This document shows positions 1 to 7,660 of a stretch of DNA of 32,000 nt, in pieces. Each line of letters begins with the position of its first letter. Positions within the stretch are counted from its first letter, which is position 1. The notes below the pieces were generated by a model. It was given only the letters and a program-made list of their open reading frames with translations, did not search any database and was not told the DNA's origin. Both the position numbers and the translations under genes were made by a program. The DNA comes from Candidatus Saccharimonadota bacterium (GTDB lineage Bacteria; Patescibacteriota; Saccharimonadia; Saccharimonadales; Saccharimonadaceae). The stretch spans positions 390,001 through 422,000 of the forward strand of contig CP064995.1 of the NCBI GenBank assembly GCA_016700015.1, read 5' to 3'.

Positions 1-1
1 T

Positions 2-268
2 GATCAGCACATAGATGACACCCACCTCGAGTATCAGGACGATACCGCAAGAGCGAATGAGCTAGCTATAGAACTTGGTAGAATAGCAAACGAACTTGGT
101 GAGATTTTTGGTATGCTTAGTAATCCTGCGCGTGTAACCCGCGATGCTGCCCATGCAGTGGATAGACAACTTGCGACTAATCGTCAGGCTGTGCTCAATA
201 GGCAGCATAGCGCAACAATAGCCCCCGAGCCTCGTCTCGATGTGAGAAAACGACCAACAATCCGTTAG
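2..268 (+). CDS. 3' end of an unidentified protein-coding gene (5' end outside window)
   Basis: Frame 2 is open from the window edge for 88 codons to TAG 266-268 (...ELAIELGRIANELGEIFGML...RKRPTIR*). The other + frames carry stops. The sequence does not resemble uS8, which normally precedes rplF. Confidence 0.45.
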   Translation, partial: DQHIDDTHLEYQDDTARANELAIELGRIANELGEIFGMLSNPARVTRDAAHAVDRQLATNRQAVLNRQHSATIAPEPRLDVRKRPTIR

Positions 269-293
269 TAAAAATGATTAAGAAAGGAAAGAT

Positions 294-836
294 ATGAGTC
301 TGAGTCGAATCGGAAAACTACCAATCGCGATTCCGTCCGGTGTGACAATCACGGTTGATTCGGGCGATGTAACTGTCGAAGGCCCCAAGGGCAAACTAAT
401 ACAGTTTATCACTCCCGCTGCCGCCGTAGCAGTAGAAGACGGCCAAGTAAAAGTAAGTCCCAAGGACGAAAGCCAAGAAGCACGTGCTCAGCACGGGCTT
501 ATGCGCGCGCTGATCAACAACATGGTGATTGGTGTTACCAAAGGCTACGAGAAGCGCCTAGAAGTAAAGGGCGTGGGCTTTAGGGTATCGAGCAGCAACA
601 ACGAGCTAACTATGAGCCTCGGGTTTAGCCACGAAGTGAAATTTAAGGCACCCGAAGGTGTAAATGTCAGCAATGACAAAATGGTGATTGTTGTTAGTGG
701 TATCGACAAGCAAAAAGTCGGCCAAGTGGCGGCTGAAATCCGCGCACTGAAAAAGCCAGAGCCATACAAGGGCAAAGGTATCATGTACGTCGACGAACAA
801 GTGCTCCGCAAAGCAGGAAAGGCTGGTAAGAAGTAA
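294..836 (+). CDS. rplF: 50S ribosomal protein uL6
   Basis: 180 aa. MSRIGKLPI..P.GV N-terminus and PEPYKGKGI.Y C-terminal motif typical of uL6. Purine-rich RBS (GAAAGGAAAG) upstream; operon context. Confidence 0.97.
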   Translation: MSLSRIGKLPIAIPSGVTITVDSGDVTVEGPKGKLIQFITPAAAVAVEDGQVKVSPKDESQEARAQHGLMRALINNMVIGVTKGYEKRLEVKGVGFRVSSSNNELTMSLGFSHEVKFKAPEGVNVSNDKMVIVVSGIDKQKVGQVAAEIRALKKPEPYKGKGIMYVDEQVLRKAGKAGKK

Positions 837-1192
837 TGAGTAATTCACTTGCAAAGAAACTCCTTGGGCGCAGCCTGCGTAAAGCACGTGTGCGCAGCAA
901 GGTTAGCGGCAGCGCTGAGCGACCACGCCTGAGTGTTACCCTCAGTAACACACATGTTTCAGCACAGATTATCGATGACGTGAAACAACACACGCTCGCA
1001 AGTGCAACGACCGTCGGTACGAAAGCTACTGGCACTATGACCGAAAAGTCTGCACTTGTAGGCGCAGAAATCGCCAAAAAGGCTAAGAAAGTTAAAGTAA
1101 CCGCAGTGGTATTTGATCGCAATGGCCGCCAGTACGCTGGCCGACTAAAAGCGCTTGCAGACGCCGCTCGCAAGGAAGGATTGGAGTTCTAG
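836..1192 (+). CDS. rplR: 50S ribosomal protein uL18
   Basis: 118 aa. ATG overlaps the rplF stop (TAATG). ERPRLSV..SN.H..AQIIDD and GRQYAGR.KALADAAR..GL.F motifs of uL18. Confidence 0.97.
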   Translation: MSNSLAKKLLGRSLRKARVRSKVSGSAERPRLSVTLSNTHVSAQIIDDVKQHTLASATTVGTKATGTMTEKSALVGAEIAKKAKKVKVTAVVFDRNGRQYAGRLKALADAARKEGLEF

Positions 1193-1193
1193 T

Positions 1194-1886
1194 ATGGCCG
1201 AAAACGCCCCAGAACAAACCACACCTCGCGCCGACGCGCCTAGGGGACGTCAGCAAGGTCGAGGTGGTCGTCGCGATGACCGACGCAATGCTGCCCCAGA
1301 GGCACCAAAAGAATTTGAAGAAGTAGTGATAAACATCGACCGCGTGGCCCGTGTAGTAAGTGGTGGACGCCGCTTTCGCTTTAAAGCCCTCGTCGTGGTG
1401 GGTAATCGCAAAAACAAAGTCGGTGTTGGTGTTTCAAAAGGCGCCGATGTACAGGCAGCAATAGCAAAAGCAACCGATGTTGCAAAAAAGCACTTGGTTA
1501 CAGTGCCCGTGGCAAATGAGACCATCCCCCACGAAACTGAAGTAAAGCTCAGTGGTGCACGCGTATTGCTAAAGCCTGCTGCCCCCGGTACTGGTATTAT
1601 TGCCGGTGGCGTGGTACGCGCAGTTGTTGGTACTACTGGCATCCGTAATCTTGTCAGCAAGAGCCTGGGCAGCACGAACAAAGTCAACATCGCGTATGCA
1701 ACTGTCGAAGCACTTGGCGGGCTTGTACCGCGTGAGAAGTGGCTGGGTGCCGAGAAGAAAACTGAAAAAGCTGCTAAACCTGCCGCCAAAGTCGAGAAAG
1801 TTGAAGCAGCAGTAACTGCACCAGCAAAAGCTACTGCCAAAAAGCCTGTTGCTAAAAAAGCGCCTGCGAAAAAGGAGACAAAGTAA
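1194..1886 (+). CDS. rpsE: 30S ribosomal protein uS5 with N- and C-terminal low-complexity extensions
   Basis: The track ORF start (1155) lies inside rplR. ATG 1194 follows a GGAG RBS and the rplR stop. Core INIDRVARVVSGGRRFRF..VVVGN..VGVG.SKG is uS5. The N-terminus is Arg-rich and the C-tail is about 50 aa of K/A/P-rich sequence. Confidence 0.95.
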   Translation: MAENAPEQTTPRADAPRGRQQGRGGRRDDRRNAAPEAPKEFEEVVINIDRVARVVSGGRRFRFKALVVVGNRKNKVGVGVSKGADVQAAIAKATDVAKKHLVTVPVANETIPHETEVKLSGARVLLKPAAPGTGIIAGGVVRAVVGTTGIRNLVSKSLGSTNKVNIAYATVEALGGLVPREKWLGAEKKTEKAAKPAAKVEKVEAAVTAPAKATAKKPVAKKAPAKKETK

Positions 1887-2362
1887 TGAAGTACAATGAG
1901 CTCCAAGTTGGCGCCAACCGTACCCGCAAGCGCGTTGGTCGCGGTATTTCAGCCGGTGGCGGTAAAACTGCTGGGCGTGGTACTAAGGGCCAGAACGCCC
2001 GTACTGGTAAGAAACTTCACAGCATGTTCCAGGGCGGCCAAAACGGGATTGTAAGTGCAGTACCAAAGAGTCGTGGCTTTAAAAGTAAGCGTGTTGCCGC
2101 ACAGGTAGTCTACCTTGACCGTCTGAACGATCTTAAGGGTAGTGTCGACAACTTCAAACTCTACGAAGCTGGCCTCATCGCGACGCCATTCCACACCGTC
2201 AAGGTGATTGCACGTGGTGAGTTATCAGCAAAGCTGACCCTGAAAACTCAGGGCGCAAGCAAAAGTGTCGTGGAAGCTATCGTCAAAGCAGGTGGTTCGT
2301 TTGAAAAAGTCGCTACGCCAGTGCAAAAGTCTACGAAAGAAGCTGAAGCCAGCGACAAATAG
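1886..2362 (+). CDS. rplO: 50S ribosomal protein uL15
   Basis: 158 aa. ATG overlaps the rpsE stop (TAATG, 1884-1888). RKRVGRGISAGGGKTAGRGTKGQ motif of uL15. Confidence 0.96.
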   Translation: MKYNELQVGANRTRKRVGRGISAGGGKTAGRGTKGQNARTGKKLHSMFQGGQNGIVSAVPKSRGFKSKRVAAQVVYLDRLNDLKGSVDNFKLYEAGLIATPFHTVKVIARGELSAKLTLKTQGASKSVVEAIVKAGGSFEKVATPVQKSTKEAEASDK

Positions 2363-2381
2363 TACCGTGTTGCAAGTAATG

Positions 2382-2411
2382 AAATAGCATCGTTGATACG
2401 GTGCTATTTTT
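2382..2411 (+). terminator. Rho-independent terminator after rplO
   Basis: AAATAGCATCG / CGGTGCTATTT form an 11-bp stem (one G-U pair) with the 6-nt loop TTGATA, running into a T-tract (TATTTTTG). Confidence 0.7.
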
Positions 2412-2426
2412 GTGATATAGTATCAC
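2412..2426 (+). promoter_or_regulatory. Extended -10 promoter (TGaTATAGT, 2413-2421) embedded in the perfect palindrome GTGATA-TAG-TATCAC
   Basis: TGnTATAGT lies about 30 nt upstream of the AAAGGAG RBS and TTG 2454. The 6-3-6 perfect inverted repeat covers the -10 box, which looks like an operator. Confidence 0.45.
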
Positions 2427-2453
2427 AATCCAGCTCCAGAAAAGGAGAGCACA

Positions 2454-2741
2454 TTGGGAAGCTACCCGACTGATGCTAACCCGACGGTTGCACAGTGGCT
2501 TGACTACAACCAGCCGATGTTTAAATGGCTTAGGTCCGGACACGTCACGCCACCGCCCGCGAGCGGTTATGTATCCCTGGTTGATGTTGACGACCACGCT
2601 CGCAAGGCGGGCATGGGCACACAGGAGTACTTTGATGAGCTTGTCGCATATGTCGGAGATCTTGGCAAAGTGCGCCTTAAGCTTAGTCATTCGTACATGG
2701 ATGAAGCATTCCATGTGATTCTCGTTGAAAAAGCCGGGTAG
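2454..2741 (+). CDS. Hypothetical 95-aa protein (orphan cassette between rplO and secY)
   Basis: TTG start 6 nt after AAAGGAG (2441-2447). Bracketed by hairpin terminators at 2382-2411 and 2773-2808. I recognise no family. Confidence 0.6.
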   Translation: MGSYPTDANPTVAQWLDYNQPMFKWLRSGHVTPPPASGYVSLVDVDDHARKAGMGTQEYFDELVAYVGDLGKVRLKLSHSYMDEAFHVILVEKAG

Positions 2742-2772
2742 CTGACAGTCTCCCCGCATCCTTATGGTCGAG

Positions 2773-2808
2773 ACACCCCGTCTCCCGCAAGGGTGGCGGG
2801 GTGTTTTC
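2773..2808 (+). terminator. Rho-independent terminator after the 95-aa ORF
   Basis: ACACCCCG ... CGGGGTGT stem enclosing an inner CCC-GCAA-GGG hairpin, followed by TTTT. Confidence 0.7.
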
Positions 2809-2818
2809 ATAAGACCTG

Positions 2819-2827
2819 TGCTATAAT
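2819..2827 (+). promoter_or_regulatory. Extended -10 promoter for secY (TGcTATAAT)
   Basis: Perfect TGnTATAAT, 11 nt after the preceding terminator and about 45 nt upstream of the secY ATG. Confidence 0.5.
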
Positions 2828-2871
2828 TAGTAAGATTTTAGATTCAACTAAACAGGGAAGATTTGACTACT

Positions 2872-4281
2872 ATGAATTGGCGTACCGTTTTTCGCTCACT
2901 TAAAAACCGCGATATGCAAAAACGACTGGGGATTGTACTCGGACTAATTGTTGCTTTTCGCTTTTTGGCGCATATACCCGTGCCACTGGCTGAGCCGACA
3001 CAGCTCAAAGATATCATCGATAAGGTAGTGGGTAGTAGTGACTTTGGTGGCTTTTTGAACCTCATGAGCGGTGGGGCGCTCAGCCAGATGTCTATTGTGC
3101 TAGTGGGCATGAGCCCATTTATTACCGCCAGTATCATCACCCAGCTACTCACCAAAGCAATTCCCAAGCTAGAAGAACTCCACAAAGATGGTGAATCCGG
3201 CCGACGCAAAATTAACCAATGGACACGCATCATCAGCGTGCCGCTCGCGATTATACAGTCGATTGCCTTCATATATATACTGCGTCAAGGTGTGTTAAGC
3301 GGCGGAACAGCAAGCGCCGTCAGCTCGAGCCCTATCGAATGGGTAGTCGCAGTGGCAGCCATGACTGCCGGGTCGGTATTACTTATGTGGCTGGGCGAAC
3401 TGATTACCGAGCAAGGCATTGGAAATGGTATTTCACTGGTCATTTTCGCCGGCATTGTGAGCCAGTTACCGAATACATTTAGTACTATTATCACGTCACT
3501 TTTTGATACGACTGCCGGGCAACTAAGCGTGTTCGGCTGGTTCAACCTGCCCGTTAACCCAACAAGTTTCTGGGTAGTCCTGGGGATTGCGGCGCTTGGC
3601 CTAGCTGTGCTGTATCTGCTCGTAAAAATCAATGAAGCCCAGCGCATCATTACCGTGAACTACGCCAAGCGCGTGAGCGGCAATAGTGCCTATGGCGGCG
3701 TAAAGAGTATTTTGCCAGTCAAGCTGATTGCTGCCGGCGTGATCCCCGTCATATTTGCGGTAGCATTTCTTAGCCTACCGGCATTTGTTGGCCAGGTGAT
3801 CAAAGCAACGGGTAATAGCGCTAACCTTACACTGGCAGATAACCTTATCAAGTGGTTCCAGGCCCCCACAGCCAGTAGTTTCGTCAATGGTGACTGGGGA
3901 ATTGCTATTTACCCAGTCGCCTACTTCTTGCTTGTGATTCTGTTTACCTATTTTTATACTGGTATTGTGTTCAATAGCAACGAGATTGCCGAAAACTTGC
4001 AAAAACAAGGTGGCTTCATAGAGGGCGTACGGCCAGGACTACAGACCGAGAAGTATTTGGGCCAGACTGTCAATCGGCTGATATTGTTCGGATCATTCGC
4101 GCTTGGCTTTATTGCTGTAATGCCGTTTATTGTCGACTACGTGTTCGCTCAGCTGGGTATAAATGCCGCGAACATATCGATAGGTGGCACTGGGCTGCTG
4201 ATTGTGGTGACGGTCGGCCTCGAGACGCTGCGTCAGGTCAATTCACGCGCACTGATGGTGACATACGACGACTACAAATAG
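2872..4281 (+). CDS. secY: Preprotein translocase subunit SecY
   Basis: About 470-aa polytopic membrane protein in the canonical position after rplO. SecY-like segments (GMSPFITASII.QLL, GELITE.GIGNGISL.IFAGI). ATG 2872 is preferred; TTG 2863 (track start) is the alternative. Confidence 0.95.
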   Translation: MNWRTVFRSLKNRDMQKRLGIVLGLIVAFRFLAHIPVPLAEPTQLKDIIDKVVGSSDFGGFLNLMSGGALSQMSIVLVGMSPFITASIITQLLTKAIPKLEELHKDGESGRRKINQWTRIISVPLAIIQSIAFIYILRQGVLSGGTASAVSSSPIEWVVAVAAMTAGSVLLMWLGELITEQGIGNGISLVIFAGIVSQLPNTFSTIITSLFDTTAGQLSVFGWFNLPVNPTSFWVVLGIAALGLAVLYLLVKINEAQRIITVNYAKRVSGNSAYGGVKSILPVKLIAAGVIPVIFAVAFLSLPAFVGQVIKATGNSANLTLADNLIKWFQAPTASSFVNGDWGIAIYPVAYFLLVILFTYFYTGIVFNSNEIAENLQKQGGFIEGVRPGLQTEKYLGQTVNRLILFGSFALGFIAVMPFIVDYVFAQLGINAANISIGGTGLLIVVTVGLETLRQVNSRALMVTYDDYK

Positions 4282-4317
4282 CCTCCTCTACACCCGATAG
4301 TCGGTATTCAACAATGG

Positions 4318-4345
4318 TTGACGAGGCTATGATTTCAGGTACAAT
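4318..4345 (+). promoter_or_regulatory. Sigma70-like promoter TTGACG-16 nt-TACAAT
   Basis: -35 at 4318-4323 and -10 at 4340-4345, in the secY-infA spacer. Confidence 0.4.
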
Positions 4346-4398
4346 GAGTACATATTCGTGAATACGCAGCGGAAAACCGCTAATCTCTTTTAAATGTG

Positions 4399-4427
4399 TT
4401 TACATTTGCCTCCGTGTAGTCTATAAT
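4399..4427 (+). promoter_or_regulatory. Sigma70-like promoter TTTACA-17 nt-TATAAT upstream of infA
   Basis: -35 at 4399-4404 and -10 at 4422-4427. The infA ATG at 4444 is only about 10 nt past the predicted TSS, and no SD is visible. Confidence 0.45.
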
Positions 4428-4443
4428 AAAACGCTGTATATCT

Positions 4444-4668
4444 ATGGCGAGCACTAAGGAAGTTATTAAACTGAAAGGTAAGGTGGTGGAAGCACTGCCT
4501 AATACTCAGTTTAAGGTGGAATTAGAGAATGGCCTAAGTATCATCGCTCATATCAGCGGCAAGATGCGCAAGCATTACATCCGTCTGGTGCCAGGCGATA
4601 ACGTGGAAGTCGAGTTGACCCCTTACGATCTCACGAAGGGCAGAATCGTTTTCCGCGCAAGAGATTAA
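4444..4668 (+). CDS. infA: Translation initiation factor IF-1
   Basis: 74 aa with an S1-like fold sequence: [17 protein letters not shown]....[27 protein letters not shown]. Confidence 0.97.
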   Translation: MASTKEVIKLKGKVVEALPNTQFKVELENGLSIIAHISGKMRKHYIRLVPGDNVEVELTPYDLTKGRIVFRARD

Positions 4669-4741
4669 TAACGTAGAAGTTGAAACGATATCATTCAATT
4701 TCTCACTAATGCAGGTTTTTCCTGAAGGAGTTTGTACGCTC

Positions 4742-4858
4742 ATGAAAGTTCGTGCGAGTGTCAAAAAGATCAGCCCAGATGACCAGCTGGTCCGCCGTAA
4801 AGGGCGTCTCCGTGTCATCAACAAGAAAAAACCTAAGAACAAGCAAAGGCAGGGTTAA
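4742..4858 (+). CDS. rpmJ: 50S ribosomal protein bL36 (all four zinc ligands substituted)
   Basis: 38-codon ORF below the track cutoff: [38 protein letters not shown]. The ends MKVRASVKK...KQRQG are canonical bL36. GAAGGAG RBS upstream; located between infA and rpsM. Confidence 0.9.
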   Translation: MKVRASVKKISPDDQLVRRKGRLRVINKKKPKNKQRQG

Positions 4859-4860
4859 GC

Positions 4861-5247
4861 ATGGCTCGAATTTCTGGGGTAGTCATACCCGCAGAGAAGC
4901 AGGTGCGGGTGGCGCTGACGTATATTTACGGCATCGGCCCCAAGCACTCTTCGACCATCCTTGCGGCGGCAAAAGTTGAGCCGACCACTCGGGTGAAAGA
5001 TCTCACCGAGGCTGAAGAACAACGCATTCGCGACGTTATCGACAAAGATTTCGTCACCGAAGGCGATCTCCAACGCCTGGTGCAAAACAATATCAAACGC
5101 CTCAAGGACATTGGTGCCTATCGTGGCCTACGGCATAAATCTGGGCTTCCAACGCGCGGCCAGCGAACTCGTACGAATGCACGAACTCGCAAGGGTAAAG
5201 CAGTCGCAGTCGGTGGAGCACAGCCTAAAGCAGCAAGTAAGACCTAG
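4861..5247 (+). CDS. rpsM: 30S ribosomal protein uS13
   Basis: 128 aa. [19 protein letters not shown] and GLP.RGQRT.TNART.KG motifs. Confidence 0.97.
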   Translation: MARISGVVIPAEKQVRVALTYIYGIGPKHSSTILAAAKVEPTTRVKDLTEAEEQRIRDVIDKDFVTEGDLQRLVQNNIKRLKDIGAYRGLRHKSGLPTRGQRTRTNARTRKGKAVAVGGAQPKAASKT

Positions 5248-5262
5248 GAGAAAGGACTAGAT

Positions 5263-5667
5263 ATGGCAGAAGCAATAACTGGCAAACCAGCCAGTAATAA
5301 GAAGAAACAGCGCCGATCAGTCCCGACTGGTCAGCTACACATCCAAGCAACATTTAACAATACTATCGTGACTTTCGCTGATGGCAAAGGCAACGCGCTT
5401 GCAACTAGTAGTGCCGGTGCCTGCGGTTTCCGCGGCAGCAAAAAAGGTACTGCCTATGCAGCACAAGTCGCTGCCGAGAAAGCAGCCGAAGCTACGAAGA
5501 GCGGCTATGGTATTGGTGCAGTTGATGTATTTGTGAAGGGTGTCGGACTTGGACGAGATGCAGCTATTCGTGCACTCGGCAACTTCGACATTACTGTCAA
5601 TAGCATTAAAGACGTGACAGGCGTACCGCATGGTGGTGTCCGCCCACGTAAGGCAAGGAGGGCATAA
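5263..5667 (+). CDS. rpsK: 30S ribosomal protein uS11
   Basis: 134 aa. G..HI.ATFNNTIVT..D..GN......AG..GF.GS.K.T.YAAQ and PHGG.RP.K.RR motifs. Confidence 0.97.
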   Translation: MAEAITGKPASNKKKQRRSVPTGQLHIQATFNNTIVTFADGKGNALATSSAGACGFRGSKKGTAYAAQVAAEKAAEATKSGYGIGAVDVFVKGVGLGRDAAIRALGNFDITVNSIKDVTGVPHGGVRPRKARRA

Positions 5668-5668
5668 T

Positions 5669-6286
5669 ATGGCACGTGATACGAGTCCTATTGTCAAACA
5701 GAGCCGCCGCGAAGGCGTCGCTCTCCACCCTAAAGCACACAAAATCATGGCCCGCAAGAGTGGCATTCCCGGCCAGCATGCCGGTGGCCGCCAGGGGAAA
5801 GCAAGCATGTATGCTACTCAGCTACGTGAAAAGCAAAAAGTACGCCGTATGTATGGACTGCTTGAAAAGCAATTTGCCAAACTAATGGATGAGGCATCGC
5901 GCAAGCAAGGTCTTGCGGGCCAGAACCTTCTACAGTTTCTCGAGCTTCGCCTCGATAATGCCGTATACCGTGCAGGCTTTGCTACCAGTCGACGTGGCGC
6001 AAGGCAGCTTGTGAGCCACGGGCACTTCACACTCAATGGTCGGCGTGTTGACATTCCGTCAATCCGCGTAAAGGCCGGTGATGTGATCGCCGTTCGTCCA
6101 AAAAGCGTAAAATCTGGTTATTTCACCCAGATCAACGACGTATATGCCAATACCAGCCAAGTACCACTAAGCTGGATCAAGGGTGACGTCAAAAAACTTG
6201 TTATCGAAATAACCGGTTTGCCAAAGCGCGAAGAAGCTGAAGCAGACATTAATGATCAGCTAATTGTTGAGTACTACTCACGCTAA
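5669..6286 (+). CDS. rpsD: 30S ribosomal protein uS4
   Basis: The track start 5630 overlaps rpsK. ATG 5669 follows AAGGAGG. MAR...P..K.SRREG N-terminus and S4 RNA-binding domain (RLDN.VYR.GFA.SR..ARQLV.HGH). Confidence 0.95.
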   Translation: MARDTSPIVKQSRREGVALHPKAHKIMARKSGIPGQHAGGRQGKASMYATQLREKQKVRRMYGLLEKQFAKLMDEASRKQGLAGQNLLQFLELRLDNAVYRAGFATSRRGARQLVSHGHFTLNGRRVDIPSIRVKAGDVIAVRPKSVKSGYFTQINDVYANTSQVPLSWIKGDVKKLVIEITGLPKREEAEADINDQLIVEYYSR

Positions 6287-6307
6287 AAGGGTAAGGAGAT
6301 ATACCAA

Positions 6308-7231
6308 ATGTCTAAAGTAATACACAATCCGGCACTTGCAAAGGTTGTCGATAACAGTACCAATTCTACGACGTTCGTTATCGAACCACTCCACGCCGGC
6401 TATGGCAACACACTTGGCAATAGCCTGAGGCGAGTACTGCTTAGTAGTATTCGTGGTGGATCAGTTGTCGCCTTCCGTATCGAAGGAGCAACTCATGAAT
6501 TCACAACTGTCCCAGGGGTTAAAGAGGATGTTGTTGACATCATGCTCAACCTGAAGGGTGTCAATGTTGTTGTTCATGGTGACGAACCAGTAGAACTACG
6601 CCTAGAGAAAAAAGGTGCCGGCGAGATTACGGCTGCCGATATTAAAACCACTGCCGACGTGGAGGTTATTAACCCAGAGCAAGTTATTTGCACTGTCGAT
6701 GACCCGAAGAAATCGCTCGTTATCGATCTTGTGGTCGAAGCAGGCCGCGGCTACCAGGATATCGAGACTTCGAGCAAAAACCGTCTTCATAGCGATATGA
6801 TTGCGCTTGATGCAATGTTTAGCCCAGTTTCTCGCGTAAGGTTCAAGGTTGATCCAACTCGTGTTGGCCAAGAGACAAACCTCGACCGACTCGAACTGAC
6901 CGTTGAAACAGACGGCTCTGTTTCCCCACGCGATGCCTTTGAAGAAGCAAATGCTATTTTGGTTAACCAGTATACTGCTCTTGCCGGCACAACAACTGTT
7001 GAGTCCGCACCTGCCCTTGGTACCGAAAATGAAGAAGACATAAGCGAACTCAACACACCAATTGAAGAGCTGAATCTCAGCGCTCGTACTGCAAACGCGC
7101 TCATTAACAATGATATCCGCACGGTCCATGACCTTGTAACTCTTAGCGAGCAAGACCTCCGCGAACTAAAAGGCTTTGGAAGCAAGGCTCTCGACGAAGT
7201 GAAGGACAAGCTAGCGGAGTTGGAGCTATAG
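6308..7231 (+). CDS. rpoA: DNA-directed RNA polymerase subunit alpha
   Basis: 307 aa. N-terminal domain GYG.TLGN.LRR.LLSS and C-terminal domain IEEL.LS.RT.N.L....I.T..DL......L...K.FG.K.L.E. Confidence 0.96.
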   Translation: MSKVIHNPALAKVVDNSTNSTTFVIEPLHAGYGNTLGNSLRRVLLSSIRGGSVVAFRIEGATHEFTTVPGVKEDVVDIMLNLKGVNVVVHGDEPVELRLEKKGAGEITAADIKTTADVEVINPEQVICTVDDPKKSLVIDLVVEAGRGYQDIETSSKNRLHSDMIALDAMFSPVSRVRFKVDPTRVGQETNLDRLELTVETDGSVSPRDAFEEANAILVNQYTALAGTTTVESAPALGTENEEDISELNTPIEELNLSARTANALINNDIRTVHDLVTLSEQDLRELKGFGSKALDEVKDKLAELEL

Positions 7232-7234
7232 CCT

Positions 7235-7660
7235 ATGCATCGACACGGATATAAAGGACGCAAGTTTGGTCGCGAACGCGATCAGCGACGAGCACTAGTA
7301 AAGGGCTTGGCGACTAGTTTTGTCATGGAAGAGCGCATTGAAACGACGCTTCCAAAAGCCAAAGAGCTCGTTCGTTATATTGAAAAACTCATCACCAAAG
7401 CGAAGCGTGGCGACCTCGCTGGCAGGCGCCAAGTGATTGCTGGCCTCGACACACAAGTTGCCGCTTTCAAACTGGTTGATGCAATTGCACCACAGCTTGC
7501 CGGCCGTACGAGTGGACATGTGCGTGTTGCTCGCACGCGGCTACGTGTTGGCGACGGCGCTCAGATGGCGAGTGTGGAATTTGTCGACGATTTAAAACCA
7601 GCCGTAAAGGTTGAAAAACCTGCCGCCAAAAAACCGGCAACAAAAAAGGAGGCTAAGTAA
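7235..7660 (+). CDS. rplQ: 50S ribosomal protein bL17 (K/A/P-rich C-tail)
   Basis: 141 aa. MHRHGYKGRKFGR....R.AL...L......E.I.TT..KAKE motif of bL17. Confidence 0.96.
   Translation: MHRHGYKGRKFGRERDQRRALVKGLATSFVMEERIETTLPKAKELVRYIEKLITKAKRGDLAGRRQVIAGLDTQVAAFKLVDAIAPQLAGRTSGHVRVARTRLRVGDGAQMASVEFVDDLKPAVKVEKPAAKKPATKKEAK

Noticed and set aside
1155-1193. Longer N-terminal starts offered by the ORF track (1155 rpsE, 5630 rpsD, 8527 RSH, 19918 holB, 21282 NUDIX, 31115 GH57, 17739 CM-like)
   Set aside because: Each extension overlaps the preceding gene or a terminator hairpin. In every case an internal ATG with an RBS or promoter gives the conserved N-terminus.
1250-1906. 218-aa - strand ORF antisense to rpsE (similar shadow ORFs at 545-1173, 5335-5808, 6602-7263 and 7561-7899)
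   Set aside because: These are shadow ORFs opposite highly conserved ribosomal and rpoA genes. They have low-complexity Ala/Ser/Thr/Arg-rich translations and no start-site signals.
2331-2810. 159-aa ORF on the - strand covering the rplO-secY spacer
   Set aside because: It runs antisense through two hairpin terminators and the 3' end of rplO and has no RBS. The + strand 95-aa ORF has an RBS, a promoter and terminators.
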